NCBI RefSeq assembly: GCF_009914755.1 | Contig: NC_060947.1 | DNA: 64,000 nucleotides | Source: the human T2T-CHM13v2.0 reference genome, Homo sapiens | Reading direction: 5' to 3' (one strand) | Shown: in pieces, positions 1 through 16,640 of the stretch | Numbering within the stretch: the first letter of the stretch is position 1 | Layout: every line of letters begins with the position of its first letter | Made by a program: the position numbers and the translations under genes | Notes under the pieces: generated by a model | Seen by the model: only the letters and a program-made list of their open reading frames with translations | The model's database searches: none | Told to the model about the DNA's origin: nothing

Positions 1-40
1 AAGATATCACGTTCCATTTTTGTCCGAACTCGGTCTCGAA
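1..40 (-). CDS. RPS6KA3: RSK2 coding exon 5, 5' part, truncated by the window edge ((V)RDRVRTKMERDI...)
   Basis: Acceptor ttttatag|TT completes the phase-1 GTT codon from exon 4, then reads RDRVRTKMERDI (alphaC helix). Confidence 0.96.
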
Positions 41-559
41 CTATAAAAGATTGTATGTATGCTACATTGTAATATCTTTCAAAGATAATCTTCAAAACAA
101 ATTCTTTTTGGTGCCCATGTTAAATAAAATTTTGCTTATGTGTATTAAAATGTGAATGTTTTATCATTCTTGAATTTACAAAATCAATAATGATGTCTTT
201 TACTACATTACATAACCAAAGGAAGTTGCATATATTTATAAAATCCATGCTTTTAAGTTGGAAAAAATATAGAGAAAATATTAGGTATTGGCTTTAACAT
301 CAAATGCACAAGTATTTTAATCACAGCTGTGGAAAATGGCAAAAAAGCATGCAACTTTTAAAAAACAAGGCATCCTAATGAAACAGTAAAACATAAAAAA
401 TGAATAGGTTTCAACATTCCATCAGTCCTATCAATTAAACTCAACAAACATTCATTAAGCATACCTAAAATGAGGCAGACATGGGGTAAAGGACAGTTAT
501 ATCCAAAGAGGTCTATTTTGAGGGAAGAAGAAAGGAAGCAAGAGGGAGAGAGAGAACAT

Positions 560-842
560 ACTGTGGTATAGCTGAAAGAGCAAATGTTTTCTGGAGTTTA
601 GACAGAAAGATATGAATTCAGATCTGTGTAATCTTTTTTTTGAAAAAAACTTAAGCATCACAAGATCTGTACAATCACGAGCAAGATACTTATTTAAATT
701 CTTTGAGACTCAGTTACCTTTCGGCTACACAATGGGGATAACACTACTGTAGCTTTGAGGAGCATATGACCATTTGAGATAAGGTATGTACCTAGAGCCT
801 GGTATGTATGAGATATTCAATTAAATAGTAGCTATTGTTATT
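560..842 (+). mobile_element. MIR SINE remnant
   Basis: Degenerate core ctcagttacc...aatgggataa and a 3' end tagctattgttattat. Confidence 0.6.
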
Positions 843-1746
843 ATATGCAAAGTAGCACCATGAATATGATTAAGGGATAAAACAATTTACTACCAGCAAT
901 GAGTACTGCAGGATTCAGAGAAGGGCAAGATCAGTCTTACTTGCATAGGAAGGCTAGAAGAAAGATGTAGGGTCAGGGAGCAAGCTTTAAGACTTTTGGA
1001 GTGGCATTTAGATGGGTAGGAAGGATAGGCCCTAGAAAACAAGAGTCCAAGCATGGAGTACCCAGTGTAAGCAAAGATGTGAAGGCATGAATGACAAACA
1101 GGAAGGAACCAAATGAGATTTACTACTGCGCCAAGGCGAAATGGGGAGGATCCAGATTCTTGAGAAGTTGGAATGCCAAGATGAATTTATATTTGACCCT
1201 GTGAGCAAAGCTCTTTTTCAGCAACCAAATATTTCCTGAGCAAAGTGTATGTGCAATGCACTAGGGATATACATACAAATAAGATAATCTTCAAGAAGCT
1301 CATGATCTAGTGGGAAGGACAGACAGGTAAATAAATGATTATAATACATTCTAAGTACTCTGAATGGTTATATGAAACATGAAAATGGAAAGAATAGGAC
1401 AATCTTTGGAGGAGGGAGAAAGTTGAGTTGGTTTTATTTTCAGTTTAGGGTGACTGCAGATATTTAAAATATAGAAATAAGACCTCTGGGGAAAATAAAC
1501 AAAGCAGCTAAAAAATGCCCTATTTTTTCCATTCTACCAGTTTTCTATCCCCAACTGGGAGATTTTCATACCACTGACTGAAAATGGGCAAATCAGAAAT
1601 AGGAATCAATTGCTCTTGATGTCTACGCAGCTCTTTTAACTGACCTGTCCAGTTAGTATATCAAATTCAATAGCAATCTCTGATTTCATTACCTTGCCCG
1701 ATCGCTACAACTCTGGTATTTTCCTTGTTATATCTGATATGCCCCC

Positions 1747-2034
1747 TTTTTTTTGAGATAGGATATCGCTGTCGCCCTGGCTGGAGTGCAGTGGTGTGAC
1801 CTCGGCTCGCTGCAACCTCCCTCTCCAGGGTTCAAGTTATTCTTCTGCCTCAGCTTCCCGAGCAGCTGGGATTACAGGCTTGTGCTACCATACCTGGCTA
1901 ATTTTTGTATTTGTGGTAGAGACGGGGTTTCACCATGTTGGCCAGGCTGGTCTCTAACTCCTGACCTCAGGTGATCCGCCTGCCTTGGCCTCCCCAAGTG
2001 CTGGGATTACAGGCACGGGCCACCACGCCCAGCC
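1747..2034 (-). mobile_element. Alu (AluS-like)
   Basis: Full Alu dimer with a poly-T start. TSD tgatatgccc. Confidence 0.95.
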
Positions 2035-3776
2035 TGATATGCCCTTTGTACTTTTTATGTGAGTGAAGTTCATCACCAATACCTGCTGATATTTCTATTC
2101 TAGTCTAGCCTAAATCTGTCCTTTTCTCATTATTACCATACAATTTTGGATTAGTTCCTATCACCTTAAAGGTGGATTCCAAAGTCCTACCTCTTTCAAT
2201 AAGTATACAAGGCTTATCACTTAAAAATACCTCGTCTGCTCAGTAAGCATCAAAAATATCCACTAATAAATGCACTGTATATCCCTCTTGTCTTATTTTA
2301 CCACAATGAAAAGAACAATTATTTGGGAGTCAAGAACTACAGTTTAGTGGCTATACTAATAACTAGATGAACTCATAACTACCTTGGTCAAATCATTTCA
2401 TTGCTCAGGGATTTCCTGTTTCCTCCTCTATAAAATGAAGGATTAGAACCAAGATGATTTTTTTGTGAGACAGTTTTCTCTTCAACATTTCCTTATATGT
2501 AACATTGATGAGACCTTGTTTAACTGAAAATGAGCAGTGAGAGTCCTTCTCTAAAGAATTCCTTCATTTTGTCTGAGGTAGGCCTGTGTCATAATTCTAA
2601 TCTCGTTTCTTTTGCTTATGTAAAGACCTAGTGACAATTCTAAATCATCCTACCATGAGGAATTTTAATTAGTATATACTAATTCAGAAGAAGGCATGTT
2701 TTATATAGGCCAACTTCTAATCCCAACATAGAATTGGTTAATACTGACTCATGCTGGCAAAGCAACTAGATTCCTCTGAAATATTTTTTCTTCTAGAGTA
2801 GTTATTAGATTTAAGCCCTACTTGACTGAACCTGAGAATGAAGAAATGTTGTTTATGTTCCTAGGACTATGCATTAAGAAACCTTTTTAAGCAGTTTACA
2901 GAACCTTTTAGACAAACAGACCACTTTAATAGGACAGAAGTCCCCATTAACTTTATCTAATGTTATTGACTTGTATTTGACCCCATTTATCGTATTAACA
3001 GGAACTTTAAAATGGGAAGAGACTTCTGGTTAAACATGGATATTTTACTCTCTACATTCTTCCAAAACCCCATGGAAATGACAATAATGGAAAAACTGCA
3101 TAAACTCACAAGGACAGGAAGCAATAGTAGAAGATGTGCAAGTGGTAACTAACAAAGCAGACCAGAGAAAGCTAAAAATCTAAGCCTAAGGAAAAGAAGC
3201 CAATGAAAAATAAGCAAATTCTTGTCATTGAAATCTTTCCAATCAGCTTTCTAGCACCCGACTCTTAAAGAAAAGATAGCAAAAGACCCCCAGGCATTTG
3301 GAGAAAGGCTCTAAACATGAAAAACATCAAAATAAACAGAAAAATGGAATAAAGGGAAACAGAGACAATGTGAGGAACAGAAGATAACTTAAACACCACA
3401 CAACACAACTCAATCTTGTAATTTATGTCCACTGAGGGAGCAAAGATAATATGGCACCTCACCCTTTTTAAAGCTTCTTGTTCTTGTTTAAAAAGGGTGG
3501 TGGGGTGGAGGAAGGAACAAGTATCCGCAACAAATAAACTACAAGGAAAAGATAAGAAATGAAGAAAGAGTTCATAGATGAAAAGACTTAAAAACATTAT
3601 CAACCAATTGCAAAGTTGAGACCTTATATGTATGGATCCTAATTTAAACAGACTGCATAAAGAAACATAAATTTTAATAGTAGGGACAACTAGCAATTTG
3701 AACAAAGACTGGATATCTTTATGCTCATTTTTAAGGTATGATAATACAGTTGAATTATCTCTTTTAGGAGTCTATC

Positions 3777-4064
3777 TTTTTTTTGAGATGGAGTCTTGCC
3801 CCGTCGCCCAGGCTGGAGTGCACTGATGTAATCTCGACTCACTGCAACCTCCGCCTCCTGGGTTCAAACGATTCTCCTGTCTCAGGCTCCTGAGTAGCTG
3901 AGATTACAGGTGCCCGCCACCACACCCAGCTAATTTTTGTATTTTTAGTAGAGACGGGGTTTCACCATGTTGGCCAGGCTGGTCTCAAACTCCTGACCTC
4001 ATGATCCACCCGCCTCGGCCTCCCAAAGTGCTGGGATTACAGGCGTGAGCCACCGTACCCAGCC
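3777..4064 (-). mobile_element. Alu (AluS-like)
   Basis: Full dimer. TSD aggagtctatctttt. Confidence 0.95.
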
Positions 4065-4299
4065 AGGAGTCTATCTTTTAGAGATATATACTAAAATATT
4101 TATGAAAGAAATTCTATAGTGTCTGGGATTTCATTCAAAATATCAAGAGAAGAAGAAGGAGAACACTGATGAAAAAAGGTTGGCCATGAGTTGATAAATG
4201 TTGAAGCAGGGAGAAGGGTACAGGGGGTTCACTATATTCTTCTGTCTCTTTCTTAAATGTTTGACACTTTCCATAATTGAAAAATGTTTTAATGAAATA

Positions 4300-5000
4300 A
4301 TCAGAGAACAAGAAAATCTAGGAAATGAAAAGCGATGGCAGAAACAAAAAGGTCAATAGAAGAGTTGGAAGATGGTTGAAGAAATTTCACAGAAAATAGA
4401 AAAAATGGAAAATAAAAGATGGAAAAATAAAGAAAATTAAGGAACAATTCAGGAGGTTTAACTAACATATTCCAAAGAGCAGCACTTACAAATGTAGAAT
4501 AAATGACAAAAACTTTCCCAAGACTGAAGAAAGGAGTTTTTAGGTTGAAAGAGACCACACCTCATATATCATATGATATAGTTTTAGAAACCCACACTCA
4601 AGAATACCACTATATAAATTTCAGAACACCAGGAATAAAGAGTAGATTCTAAAGACTCCCAAAGAGGAAAAGCAGCTTACACACAAAGGACTGGGAGTGA
4701 GACCAGCAATTAACTTCATCACTGTAACACAGGAAACTAGAAGACAATGGAAGCAATACCTTCAAATATCTGGTAGAAAATTCTTTCTGACCTAGAATTT
4801 TATACTCAGCCAAATTATAAACTAAGTGACAGGCGGTAGAATAAAGCCATTTCCAGACATGGAGGGTCACAAAAAATTTAGTATCCATTTACTCATTCTG
4901 AGGTAGCTATGAGAAGATGAGTTCCATCAAAACTAAAAAGTAAACTGAGAAAAAGGTAGGCACAGAATTTATGAAAAGAGACTGAATACAGAAAAGAAGT
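4300..5000 (+). mobile_element. Old L1M/HAL1-like ORF1-region fragment
   Basis: A-rich strand with degenerate ORF1 C-terminal DNA (cctagaattttatactcagccaaatta, PRILYPAKL-like). Confidence 0.6.
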
Positions 5001-5596
5001 GAAGGAAATGTGACTGTAGTATACTATTTCGTTCAGCTAGGAACAATTCTTATAAAGCTGTAACAATGAAAACATTATTGGGAAGATGTGAAAAGGGAAA
5101 CTGTGAGTGGGTGGCAGCATGAGAGAACTGAATCTTAGTCTTCCATGTTAGAAAGGCAATAGATTATGTCTCCAAATGAAAACAAACAATTGCAATATAA
5201 AAGTGTTGAATATAAATGTAAATGGCAGCAGCTAAAGAGATGAAAGTCATTGTCTCTGGGGTTCAAGAATTAGGATAGGCAGAAGAGTGGGCAAAGCATA
5301 GCTATGTTATATGATAAGACTCTACAGATATTCTTTTGATAAACATAAAAATTTAAGAACACATTCACAATTATTCAGCAGTTTAAAATTCCAATAAGTC
5401 AAATATTTTCACTTTTCTATCATCTCTTTTATAGCTAATATCTATACAATTTTACATACTTGTAGCTCAATTTGTTCTAATTTTCACTACATTCATTTTT
5501 GTAATTTTATTTAAGATACTTTATTTTAATAATATCCTATTAAGTGGTAAACCATAATTTTATAACGTTTCTCTATTTTTCCTTATTAAAAAAAAT

Positions 5597-5887
<291 letters not shown>

Positions 5888-6042
5888 TAGTTTTCCAGTG
5901 TGTATGTGATTTCTAACTTCTTGCTATTATAAATAATGTTGCAACAAGAATTTTCAAGCCTATGAATCCTTTTTTTGAAGCTATTTCCGCAGGTTAATGT
6001 AGCAGCAATAATGGCTTTCCAATTTATGCTGCCATCATATGA

Positions 6043-6332
<290 letters not shown>

Positions 6333-6861
6333 AAACTTTATTATTTTAATATGCATCTTTGACTTTCACCAAAACTGAACATTTCCCCAAAGATTATTTA
6401 TCTCCTTGTGTAAACTTTATTCAAAATCCTCCAGATGGAGGATATAATGGTATTTCTTATCAATTCCTAACTCCTTCATTCTTTTTAAGTTTATTAGTTG
6501 GAATTATATTGCAAGAAAGAGTTTTCCCTTTTCCCCCATTAATTAACTTATGAATTAACCTATGGCTTCTTATTTTATTCAACTGGCTTGTAATCTATCA
6601 CTAACATTTATTATTGCAATGTTTAAGTTGCCCCAGATTTGGCCAGTAGAAGCCCCTTAGCCAACTCCTTATATTAATATATTTTCCTGTCTTCCTATTT
6701 ATACTATTTTTCATTGTATGAAATGTTAACAATTTTTGTATTACTAATTTGTTTGTAATTTGCTCAATATTTCCTCACAAGTTTCCTAGATGTGTTAAGT
6801 TGTAAAATTCAGTTAGGGTGGAGTTTGTTATGGTGTTATTTTCCAGCTTGCTCAGGGGTAT

Positions 6862-7177
6862 TTCTTTTTTCTTTTTTTTTTTTTTTTTTTTGAGACGGAG
6901 TTTTGCTCTTGTCGCCTAGGCTGGAGTACAGTGGTGCGATCCCGGCTCACTGCAACCTCCGCCCCCCGTGTTTAAGCGATATTCCTGCCTCAGCCTCATG
7001 AGCAGCTGGGATTACAGACACCCAACACCATGCCCGGCTAATTTTTTTTGTATTTTTAGTAGAGACGGGGTTTTGCCATGTTGGGCATGCTGGTCTCGAA
7101 CTCCTGACCTCAGGTGATCTGCCTGCCTCGGCCTCCCAAAGTGCTGGGATTACAGGTGCGAGCCACTGTGCCCGGCT
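6862..7177 (-). mobile_element. Alu (AluSx-like)
   Basis: Full dimer with long poly-T. TSD gctcaggggtat. Confidence 0.95.
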
Positions 7178-8158
7178 GAGCTCAGGGGTATCATTACTTA
7201 ATTTCCCATTGTTCTGTATGCCTGTTTTGTCATACAGCATGGCAGGTACTCAATATTTTTGTAACAAATACACTAAAATTTGATATATATATGTTGTACT
7301 ATTTTGTTCCACTGATTCTATGCCTGTATTACTCCCCCCAATAACACACTAAGTTAGTGCTACTTGAAGCATTAGGATCTGAGAGAGCTTGTTCCCTTAT
7401 TATTCTTCTTTTCCAAAATATTCTGGATTCGGAAATAAAATTCTGAATTATCTTGTTAAGTTTTAAGGAAAATGCAGCTGGAATCTTAATGATATTGAGG
7501 TAACTGAATGGCTAGAGGAGTAGTGAGATTCTTAACAGTTGGCCTTCTCTAATAGGGATTGGGCATTTATTTCCTTTCCTGGTAACTTTTAGGTTTCTTA
7601 GAGTTTTGTAGTTTCCTTTACATACACTATGCACAATACAAATCCTGTTAAATACATAAAATCAAACTACTTTTGTTGCTTTTGTGAATGAACTCTGAGT
7701 CTCATCTATGCAGCTTTGTAACATGGGATTCATGAGTATAAAGTCACAAATGCAGTGACAGAAAGGCAGGGGATTGAGGATATAATTTAATTCCCTGGTC
7801 CTAGCAGGAATCAAGTAAGTGGTAATGCCATGGGGTAGGACTGAATAGGAAAGAAAATATGTTCAGGAAGGGAGTTAACAGAATGGAAGCAAACGACAGT
7901 GTTTACAGAGAGAAGTGAAATTTCTTGGGATGTCCATGGTGGGTAACTAATTGGGAATAACAGAAATAATAAATGATCATTGCAAATATTAGAGAATATT
8001 TTCAAAGCTTTATAAATTACATGTAAATTGAAGAGGAAAAAATGGACTTTTAGTAATCAATACACAAAACATCTAGAGGTTATGAGGTTAAAATAAGTGA
8101 TACCACTAAATTAAAGGAAGAGTTAAGTATTTTTAAATCTATATTTCTTCTTAACTAC

Positions 8159-8515
<357 letters not shown>

Positions 8516-8896
8516 TAGGCTCAGAATAAAAACTTACTTGGAGACCAGAAGTCATAAAGTCCTTTAGAATAAAAGCTATTTTGCAGCCAGTAAATCAGTA
8601 CGTTTTTAAAAACATTAAAATAAATATATAAATTTGAAGATGAATCAAACCCAGTTTTAATCTTCTAAATGTTTACTTGTATAAAACTCAATATGAATTT
8701 ATAATACGTCTTTTATAACGTGGCAACTCTGGTTCTCACTAGTTATATGATTCCTAGCCTAGCAGGAAAAATTCACTAAAAGTCAGCCTAAATTTAAAGC
8801 TGGTAACAGGAACCTATTCAGAATGTAAATAACATGCCAAGGAGTCCCATGAGCTCTATTGAGACCTTTCAGTTTGTTTAGACTACATGAACATTA

Positions 8897-9004
<108 letters not shown>

Positions 9005-9479
9005 TTAAGTAAGAGAAAATAAATATTACAAAGTAGTATAAACTATATCCTTGTTAAAATAAGACCCTGCTATAATACAGTTTATTATTATAATATAGAT
9101 TCAGATATACTGTAGATTATTTCCCCTAAAATGTATCAATTATAAATACTAGTTATAAACATTTGTTATAACTTGGGGTGTCAATATAAGGGAATACATT
9201 TTTTTCATTTTGTTGTTTGCCAGTTCCCAAAGAGCATGTAACACATTAAGACAGAAAAAAACCCTTTAAACTACATATGTATGAATTAGATGGAAAAAAT
9301 CCCAAAATGTTTAAAGTATAACACAGGTGGTATGATGTCCTGCTTTTAACAAAACAGAATTCTACTGAGCCCGTCAAAATTGTTATACGGCGGTTCCTTC
9401 TTGACCACAATTTCCTGTTGATACAAGTATTCACTGATGGAGGGTCTTTTCTGTATACAAAAGCTGCATATAAATCTCA

Positions 9480-9918
<439 letters not shown>

Positions 9919-11409
9919 TTATGGTCAAATTATCACATACACCTAAATATGAAGAACACAATTCTCAGGTATGTTATTGGGCATCCTGACTTTGCAAATA
10001 TTTGCGCAAAATGAATAAAGCCTGTTCTAAATAACTCATGGTCATTCTATAACATGGCTAATACAAGACTACCAATACATCTCTTCTACTCACTTTGACC
10101 ATTAGGTTCATGATCATTTCCATTGAACCTTTAAATAGATATGCCAAATAGATTTGAATTTCAACTCCTCTTCCCTATCCATTCTTTTGTAGCAGTGTTC
10201 TTATGCTTCCACAGGTGGGAAGAAGAGAAGCAACCACAATCAAGAATTAAGTTTAGGATCAGCTTTCATTCATCTGAATTAGCACATCAGGCTATTAGCA
10301 CAAAATTAAAAAATGATTCATTCAACTGATTCTAGGACAAGGCAGAGTTTCTCACTTTGAGAAATTGTGCCAAGTCAATGGGCAAGATCCCAAATCAAGT
10401 GAAGAGCACCACAACTCGCGGAGAAACCCTGATACAGGGTGTGTTGCTCTCCAATAATCACCACCCCCTTTCACCATGCCCCACGCTTTAGCTCCTTTCA
10501 GCCAGTTAGTGGGGAGCCAACCTAGGGAGAGAAAAGCATCCTTAATCAGGGTGGATGTAAGCTCTGGAATGATGTTTAAGTATTAAAGGTAATCAGAGAT
10601 TATTAATATTTTTGACGGAAATAAAATCTGATTAGGTAGAGATAATTAGGATTTATTTGATATTTAATCTTCCTTAAGATTCCCTAACCATTCTGCAAGA
10701 AAAATTCTCCTGGTGAATTCCAAACTTTCAACTGTTCTTTGAATGCATCTTCTTAACACTCCAGCACTTCTTAGTTTGCAAAATACTTTCACAACCATTT
10801 GTAATAAATCATCGTGTCAATTTTGGGAGGCAGACCTACTAGGCAATGCCTATTTTATAGCTGTCCAAACTAGGGCTTAGGGGGTTAAGTAATTTGCCCA
10901 GTGTCACAGTGGAGGTACTGGGACAGAGTCCGTGTCAGTCACCCAGTATTCTGCTTCTGCTCAGGGTGCTGTTTATCTGTTCCCTTTGGCCAGTAACCAG
11001 GCAAGCCCAGCAGGAGCAGCAGCGGTCCCAGCTGCCATCTCTTCCTCCACCAGAGCATTTCTGACCTTTTCTCACTCCCCCATGAAGCTATTCTAGTCTC
11101 TGACAGGTCATCCCTGTTTCCTTGGCTTACTGTGGCCTTTCAGAATGAGTAAGAAAGGAGACAACCTATTTTGAATGTTTGGTATTTATAGTATGATATT
11201 TAAATTACTTTTAAAGACGTAAAGGGAGAAGCATGCTAATTCCAACAACTTAAATATTGTGTTCCCTGAAAATCTAATGTATAAAAATTACCCATCTATT
11301 TGGGTTTGAGTGGTGTGATAATTTAATTTAATACCAGATATTATATGCTTGGCCTTTTATCATTTAATTCTCACTACTCTCCTATGGAGTCAGAACTATT
11401 ACACACTCA

Positions 11410-12530
11410 TTAATTCTTTCCAGAATTATATGCCAGGCACTGTGCTACTGGTTCAATGCTGAGACTTGATACAAGGCATGACCCTTCCTTCACTCATGGA
11501 ACATTTAGTCTAGTGGGGGAGACAGCCACTTAACAAATAATTAAACAAATGAAAAACTGCAATTGTGGCAAGTGCCATGAAGATGACGTATGTAATGTTC
11601 TGAGAGGGTATAACCAGGGAACATAACCTAGGAAGGATGCAGGGAAAGCTTCCTTGACATCACAGGTGCAAGAGGAGCTAACAAGCTGAGGAAGAGGCAG
11701 GGGTAGAGCAGAGTGTTTCAGGCAGAAGGAATAAAATATGGAAAGGCTTTCTAGCAGGATGGAGCTTAAGGACTTGGTCCTGCTTAAGGACCAACAAAGG
11801 CAGCCAATGTGACCAGAACACAGAGAGTGAAAAGTATGTAAACTGATGCTGGAGAGGTAGCTAGAGACCAGACTGAGAGGCTCCTCAGCCATCTTAAGAA
11901 TTCATCTTTATCGTAAAAGCAAAGAGAGGACGCTGAAAGGTTATGGAGGGGTAGAGTAAAAGATTAGTTCATGCTGGCTATCATGTAAATAATGGATCAA
12001 GGCAAGAATACATTTGGAAAGACCCAGTTAGGAGACTCCTTCAATAGACCAGGAAGAAAGGTGGTAGCATATTCTCAAGGGGTGGCAGGCAGGCTTTGAG
12101 AAATCTTTACTGAATCTACAGTACTTGGTGACAGATAAGACTGGCCAGGTCAGAGTGGGATAGGGGAGGTAGGGACTAGAAATATACATCAAGAACGCTT
12201 CCCAAGTTTCTAAATTGCTTAATGAGAGAAAAATGAAATAGAACAGTTTGAGGCTTAGGGAAAGATCATGAGTTTGGTCTCAGACATGTTGACTTTAAAG
12301 TGCTTTTAAGACATAGAAAAAGAGTAAGCAGCTGTGCATAAGAATTCAGAGCTTGGAGAAGCAATCTAGATTGGAGATATAAATGTGTTATGTCAGCTGT
12401 ATGTGAGTTACAATTAAGATAGCAGGCACAGAGAAAATCAATTAGGAGAGTATTAGTAACAGAGAAGAAGGCAGCCTAGAATCGAACCTTGAAGAACTTC
12501 AATATTTAATGACTGGCTAGAGGAAGGAAA
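11410..12530 (-). mobile_element. L2 LINE fragment
   Basis: tgccaggcactgtgct...tctagtggggga motif and purine-rich antisense L2 body. Confidence 0.65.
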
Positions 12531-12910
12531 TGGGGATCCAAGAGGTTAAGTAACTTGCTCAAGCACACACAGTGAATAAATAGAAGAAAAAAAATTGAAT
12601 TGAAGTCCGGCTGACCTAGAGCCCAAACTTACAACCATTACGCTCTGATGGCTACTTACTCTTTATTTGGATTAAAAGCATCCTTTTGGGTTCAAAAGAG
12701 GTTAACAACTGTAACAAATTACCTATGTTAGCCAAGAATTGCTAAATACCCCCACTAAAATACACAAGAGAGCTAAACTGGTGCTGTTCTGAAACTTGCA
12801 AAGCATGATATATTCAAATATTTCCTTACAGAGAAGTGGTAAGGAATCACTGCATCGTCAAAGTTGAATACAATCTCCAAATTTTCCTCTTGCCAAGAAA
12901 CAATCTAGAC

Positions 12911-13185
12911 CAGTGATCCCCAACCTTTTTTAGCACCAGGGACTGGTTTCATGAAGATAGTTTTTTCACAGACTGGCGCGGTGGGAGGGGGAGATGATTT
13001 TGGGATGAAACTGTTCCACCTCAGATCATCAGGCATTGGATTCTCATAAGGAGTGCACAACCTAGATCCCTCCCATGTGCAGTTCACATCAGGGTTCGTG
13101 CTCCTATGAGAATTGAATGCTGCCACTGATCTGACAGGAGGTGGTGCTCAAACGGCAATGCTCACCCGGGGGTTGGGGACCCCTG
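12911..13185. mobile_element. MER1B-like hAT-Charlie MITE
   Basis: TIRs cagtgatccccaacc / ggttggggacccctg. 8-bp TSD-like atctagac / gtctaaac. Confidence 0.85.
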
Positions 13186-13328
13186 GTCTAAACAGATCAA
13201 GCAGTAGTAATTATGATGCTGTACTTCTCAAAATGGAGTACAGAAGTGCCCCTGAGGTGTGCAGTGTGTATGTATGTGGTGGGAGACAAGCGCTACATGA
13301 AAAACACTGATAAAGATGTTGCATCTTC

Positions 13329-13738
<410 letters not shown>

Positions 13739-14158
13739 TCAAAATTGTAGCGGTAGCCCCCAACCCTACTTCTTTGGGAGCGTCACTCACTTTATGCTGG
13801 TATTAGAGTACGCTGGAAGGGAGGCTGAGATGCGCTGTATTGCAAGATCACCTTCCAACCCTACCCAAGGACTCAAAAAGAGGCCAGTGTATCAAGGGAA
13901 TATCTTGTGATTTTTAACAATTTAAGAATCACAACTGGAGAGGTCATGTGCTCTTGAAGATAAAGTAGGAAGCAAATAGTACCAATTTACTGAAGTCTCC
14001 AACGTACTTTTGAACAACTTTATTCACTTTCCCACTTACTGATAGTGAGAAATGTAAAAAAACAGAAAACATTGCTGGTAGGAAGACTGGTAGCATTTCA
14101 TAAAATATTTGTTTCCTCATGTATATGAAATACATATGAATTGAAAAGACAACTCTTA

Positions 14159-14332
<174 letters not shown>

Positions 14333-16370
14333 TTAGCCAGAGCTATTTTCTCCCGCTAAAAATCAAACAATATTAATTTAATCTTACTAGAAATTAATTA
14401 GAAATCAATCTAATTTCTAAACATATTAGAAATCCCAAATTAACATACAAAAACCACCTTTTACCAACCCATCAAGTGAATATGCCACACACATATACTT
14501 TCAGGTTAAATGTCAGAGACAGTTATTATACCAGCCTACTACATAGGCCAATTTAACCTCTACATGACATTTAGTACTAAGTATTTCCAAGTCTTCATTC
14601 TCTCTACTGGAGATAATTAGAATAGTTTTATTGGGTGGGGGCAGAGGGTGTAAAGAAGTCTGAAAATAACAGATTGGAATAATCTGCTGTGCTCTGGTGT
14701 ATGGTTATGCTACGCAGAACTAATGCTATTTAAAAAAAGTGTTTATTGAGGAGAGGGGTTGAAAAATATTCCAGGGTAAACATGGAGATTTCTAACCTCA
14801 ATGTGGCTGTTTAAGTACACTGAAGTTTTATTCCTTTGAAATGTCTAAGTTACTTTCTGTTTCTAGAATAATCTGGGATCTGAGAGGGGAGAAAGGAGTA
14901 ACTCTAAAACACAAAAGGAGAAAAGATTTAACATTTGGATGGATAATCAGACATGGAAAAAAATGACTATTCAGCATGATGGAACAGTGAGAAGTATCTG
15001 GGTTAAGAGAAGGATTTTAAAAGACAGTGAACATTTTAATATATTTGAGGAAAAGTGTCAGAACAAAGAGAAAATGTATGAAATACACACAGGATTTCAA
15101 TTACTTATGTGAGATCAGCAGATTAGGTTATCTTATTTAATCAAGACACATACGGTATGTTATAGTCAAAAATTACAACAAAACAAAACCTGACAAAATT
15201 AGAAACATAAGCCTGTCAAATAAAGACTAGCATTTCTATTTTGTTGACTATAATGTTATTTTTTTCTAGGTGCGTAAGTACTGTTAGTAGAATCTCAATG
15301 TGTTATGTAAACATAACTAATCCATTGTTTTTGTTATTATCATATCCCATACAAACATTTGCATTCAATTAACATTTTCTGAGATGTCCTTAGAATGCTG
15401 GCAATATAAGGAATTACAAAGATTTCTCAAAAGGACATACCAGAATACCCTAACATGGTAGCTTTTGAAAATGAGTAGTAAAAGGAAAAAAGCTCCCAGA
15501 AGAGGAGAAAAAGGAATCCAGGCCCACTACTTTATTTTGAAGACAGAGGCTGTAATTTGTAGGTTATCCTACTACTTAGGCAGTTCAATCATATTGGACT
15601 CCCCTGGGACTTCGGAAACAATAATCAAATCATTTCCTAACATCAGTTTAGCTCTTTATTTCACAATTTCCCATGCATTATCTCCTTTAATTCTCACAAC
15701 GATCCTGTGCAGTAGGTATTAGCGTAGAACCAAGCATTAGCTGACTCTTAAAACGCTACCTCTTTCCTCTAAATAAGACCAAGGTACAAGGGTTTCAGAC
15801 ACCCTTTTCTCCAAATGAGACCAAGGGCTTCAGAGTGATAGCTGTTAGTAGCCATTAGTACAACAGGAAAGGCAGGAAGCAAATTACCAAATTTAAAAAA
15901 AAAAAAAAAACCTTTCAAAGAACAAAGTATATGTGGGATTAAGATTTAGATAGAAATCCAGGAAATACTATTATTGAGCACCTACTACATATCAACCCTG
16001 TGTTAGGTGTTTTTTCATGTTTTATATTCATGCTTCACAACAAATCTGACCACGTATTTAATGTTAGAGAGGGCTGATACAACATAAACGAGTAAACCTT
16101 AGAACAAGCATAAACATTTCAGAGTTTTCTATGTACTCTCCCATTTACCACTAGAAATTTGACACATACTCTAAAAACAAACTGGTCTGAATATTCTATA
16201 GTCTGAAATTTAAAGAGATTAATTGAAGGCTTAAGATCACAAGCCAGTAAGTGGTAGACTTAGGGCTCAATTCTAGGTCTCCTGACTTTGAAAACAAGGC
16301 CCTTACCATTACACCACACTGAGATCAATGACAGGAAACCTATAGGCTTATGACCCTGGTCTTTGTAACC

Positions 16371-16640
16371 GGTCTGTTAGCTCAGTTGATTAGAGCAGTG
16401 TTCTTTGAACTTTTTGGTAGCACATCCTTAGCAGGAAAAAAAAACAAAAAAAAAAAACCAAAACAACAAACAAAACAAAACAAAACAAAACCTACACACA
16501 CAATATTTGTATCCTTAAAATTATATACACGTAAAGAAGTTCTCTTCTTTTCTTTTTCTATACCCCAAAGTGCTGTCACGTCACACTCTGAAGACTAACC
16601 AAGTTAATGGGCTGGATTCCAGCATGTGTCAGTTAGCCTC
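16371..16640 (+). mobile_element. tRNA(Ile)-derived ancient SINE (MamSINE1-like) interrupted by a hAT-Charlie-like element (~16396-16597)
   Basis: ggtctgttagctcagttgattagagc resembles a tRNA-Ile 5' half with A box. The 3' half ccaagttaatgggctggattcc...cagttagc resumes after the insert. Confidence 0.6.

Noticed and set aside
3265-3705. Longest ORF in the track (146 aa, hydrophobic)
   Set aside because: Non-ATG start, F/L/S-rich antisense reading of A-rich old L1-like sequence, with no domain or splice support.
16371-16400. Possible functional tRNA-Ile gene
   Set aside because: Only a degenerate 5' half is contiguous, the B box is mutated and the halves are ~200 nt apart.
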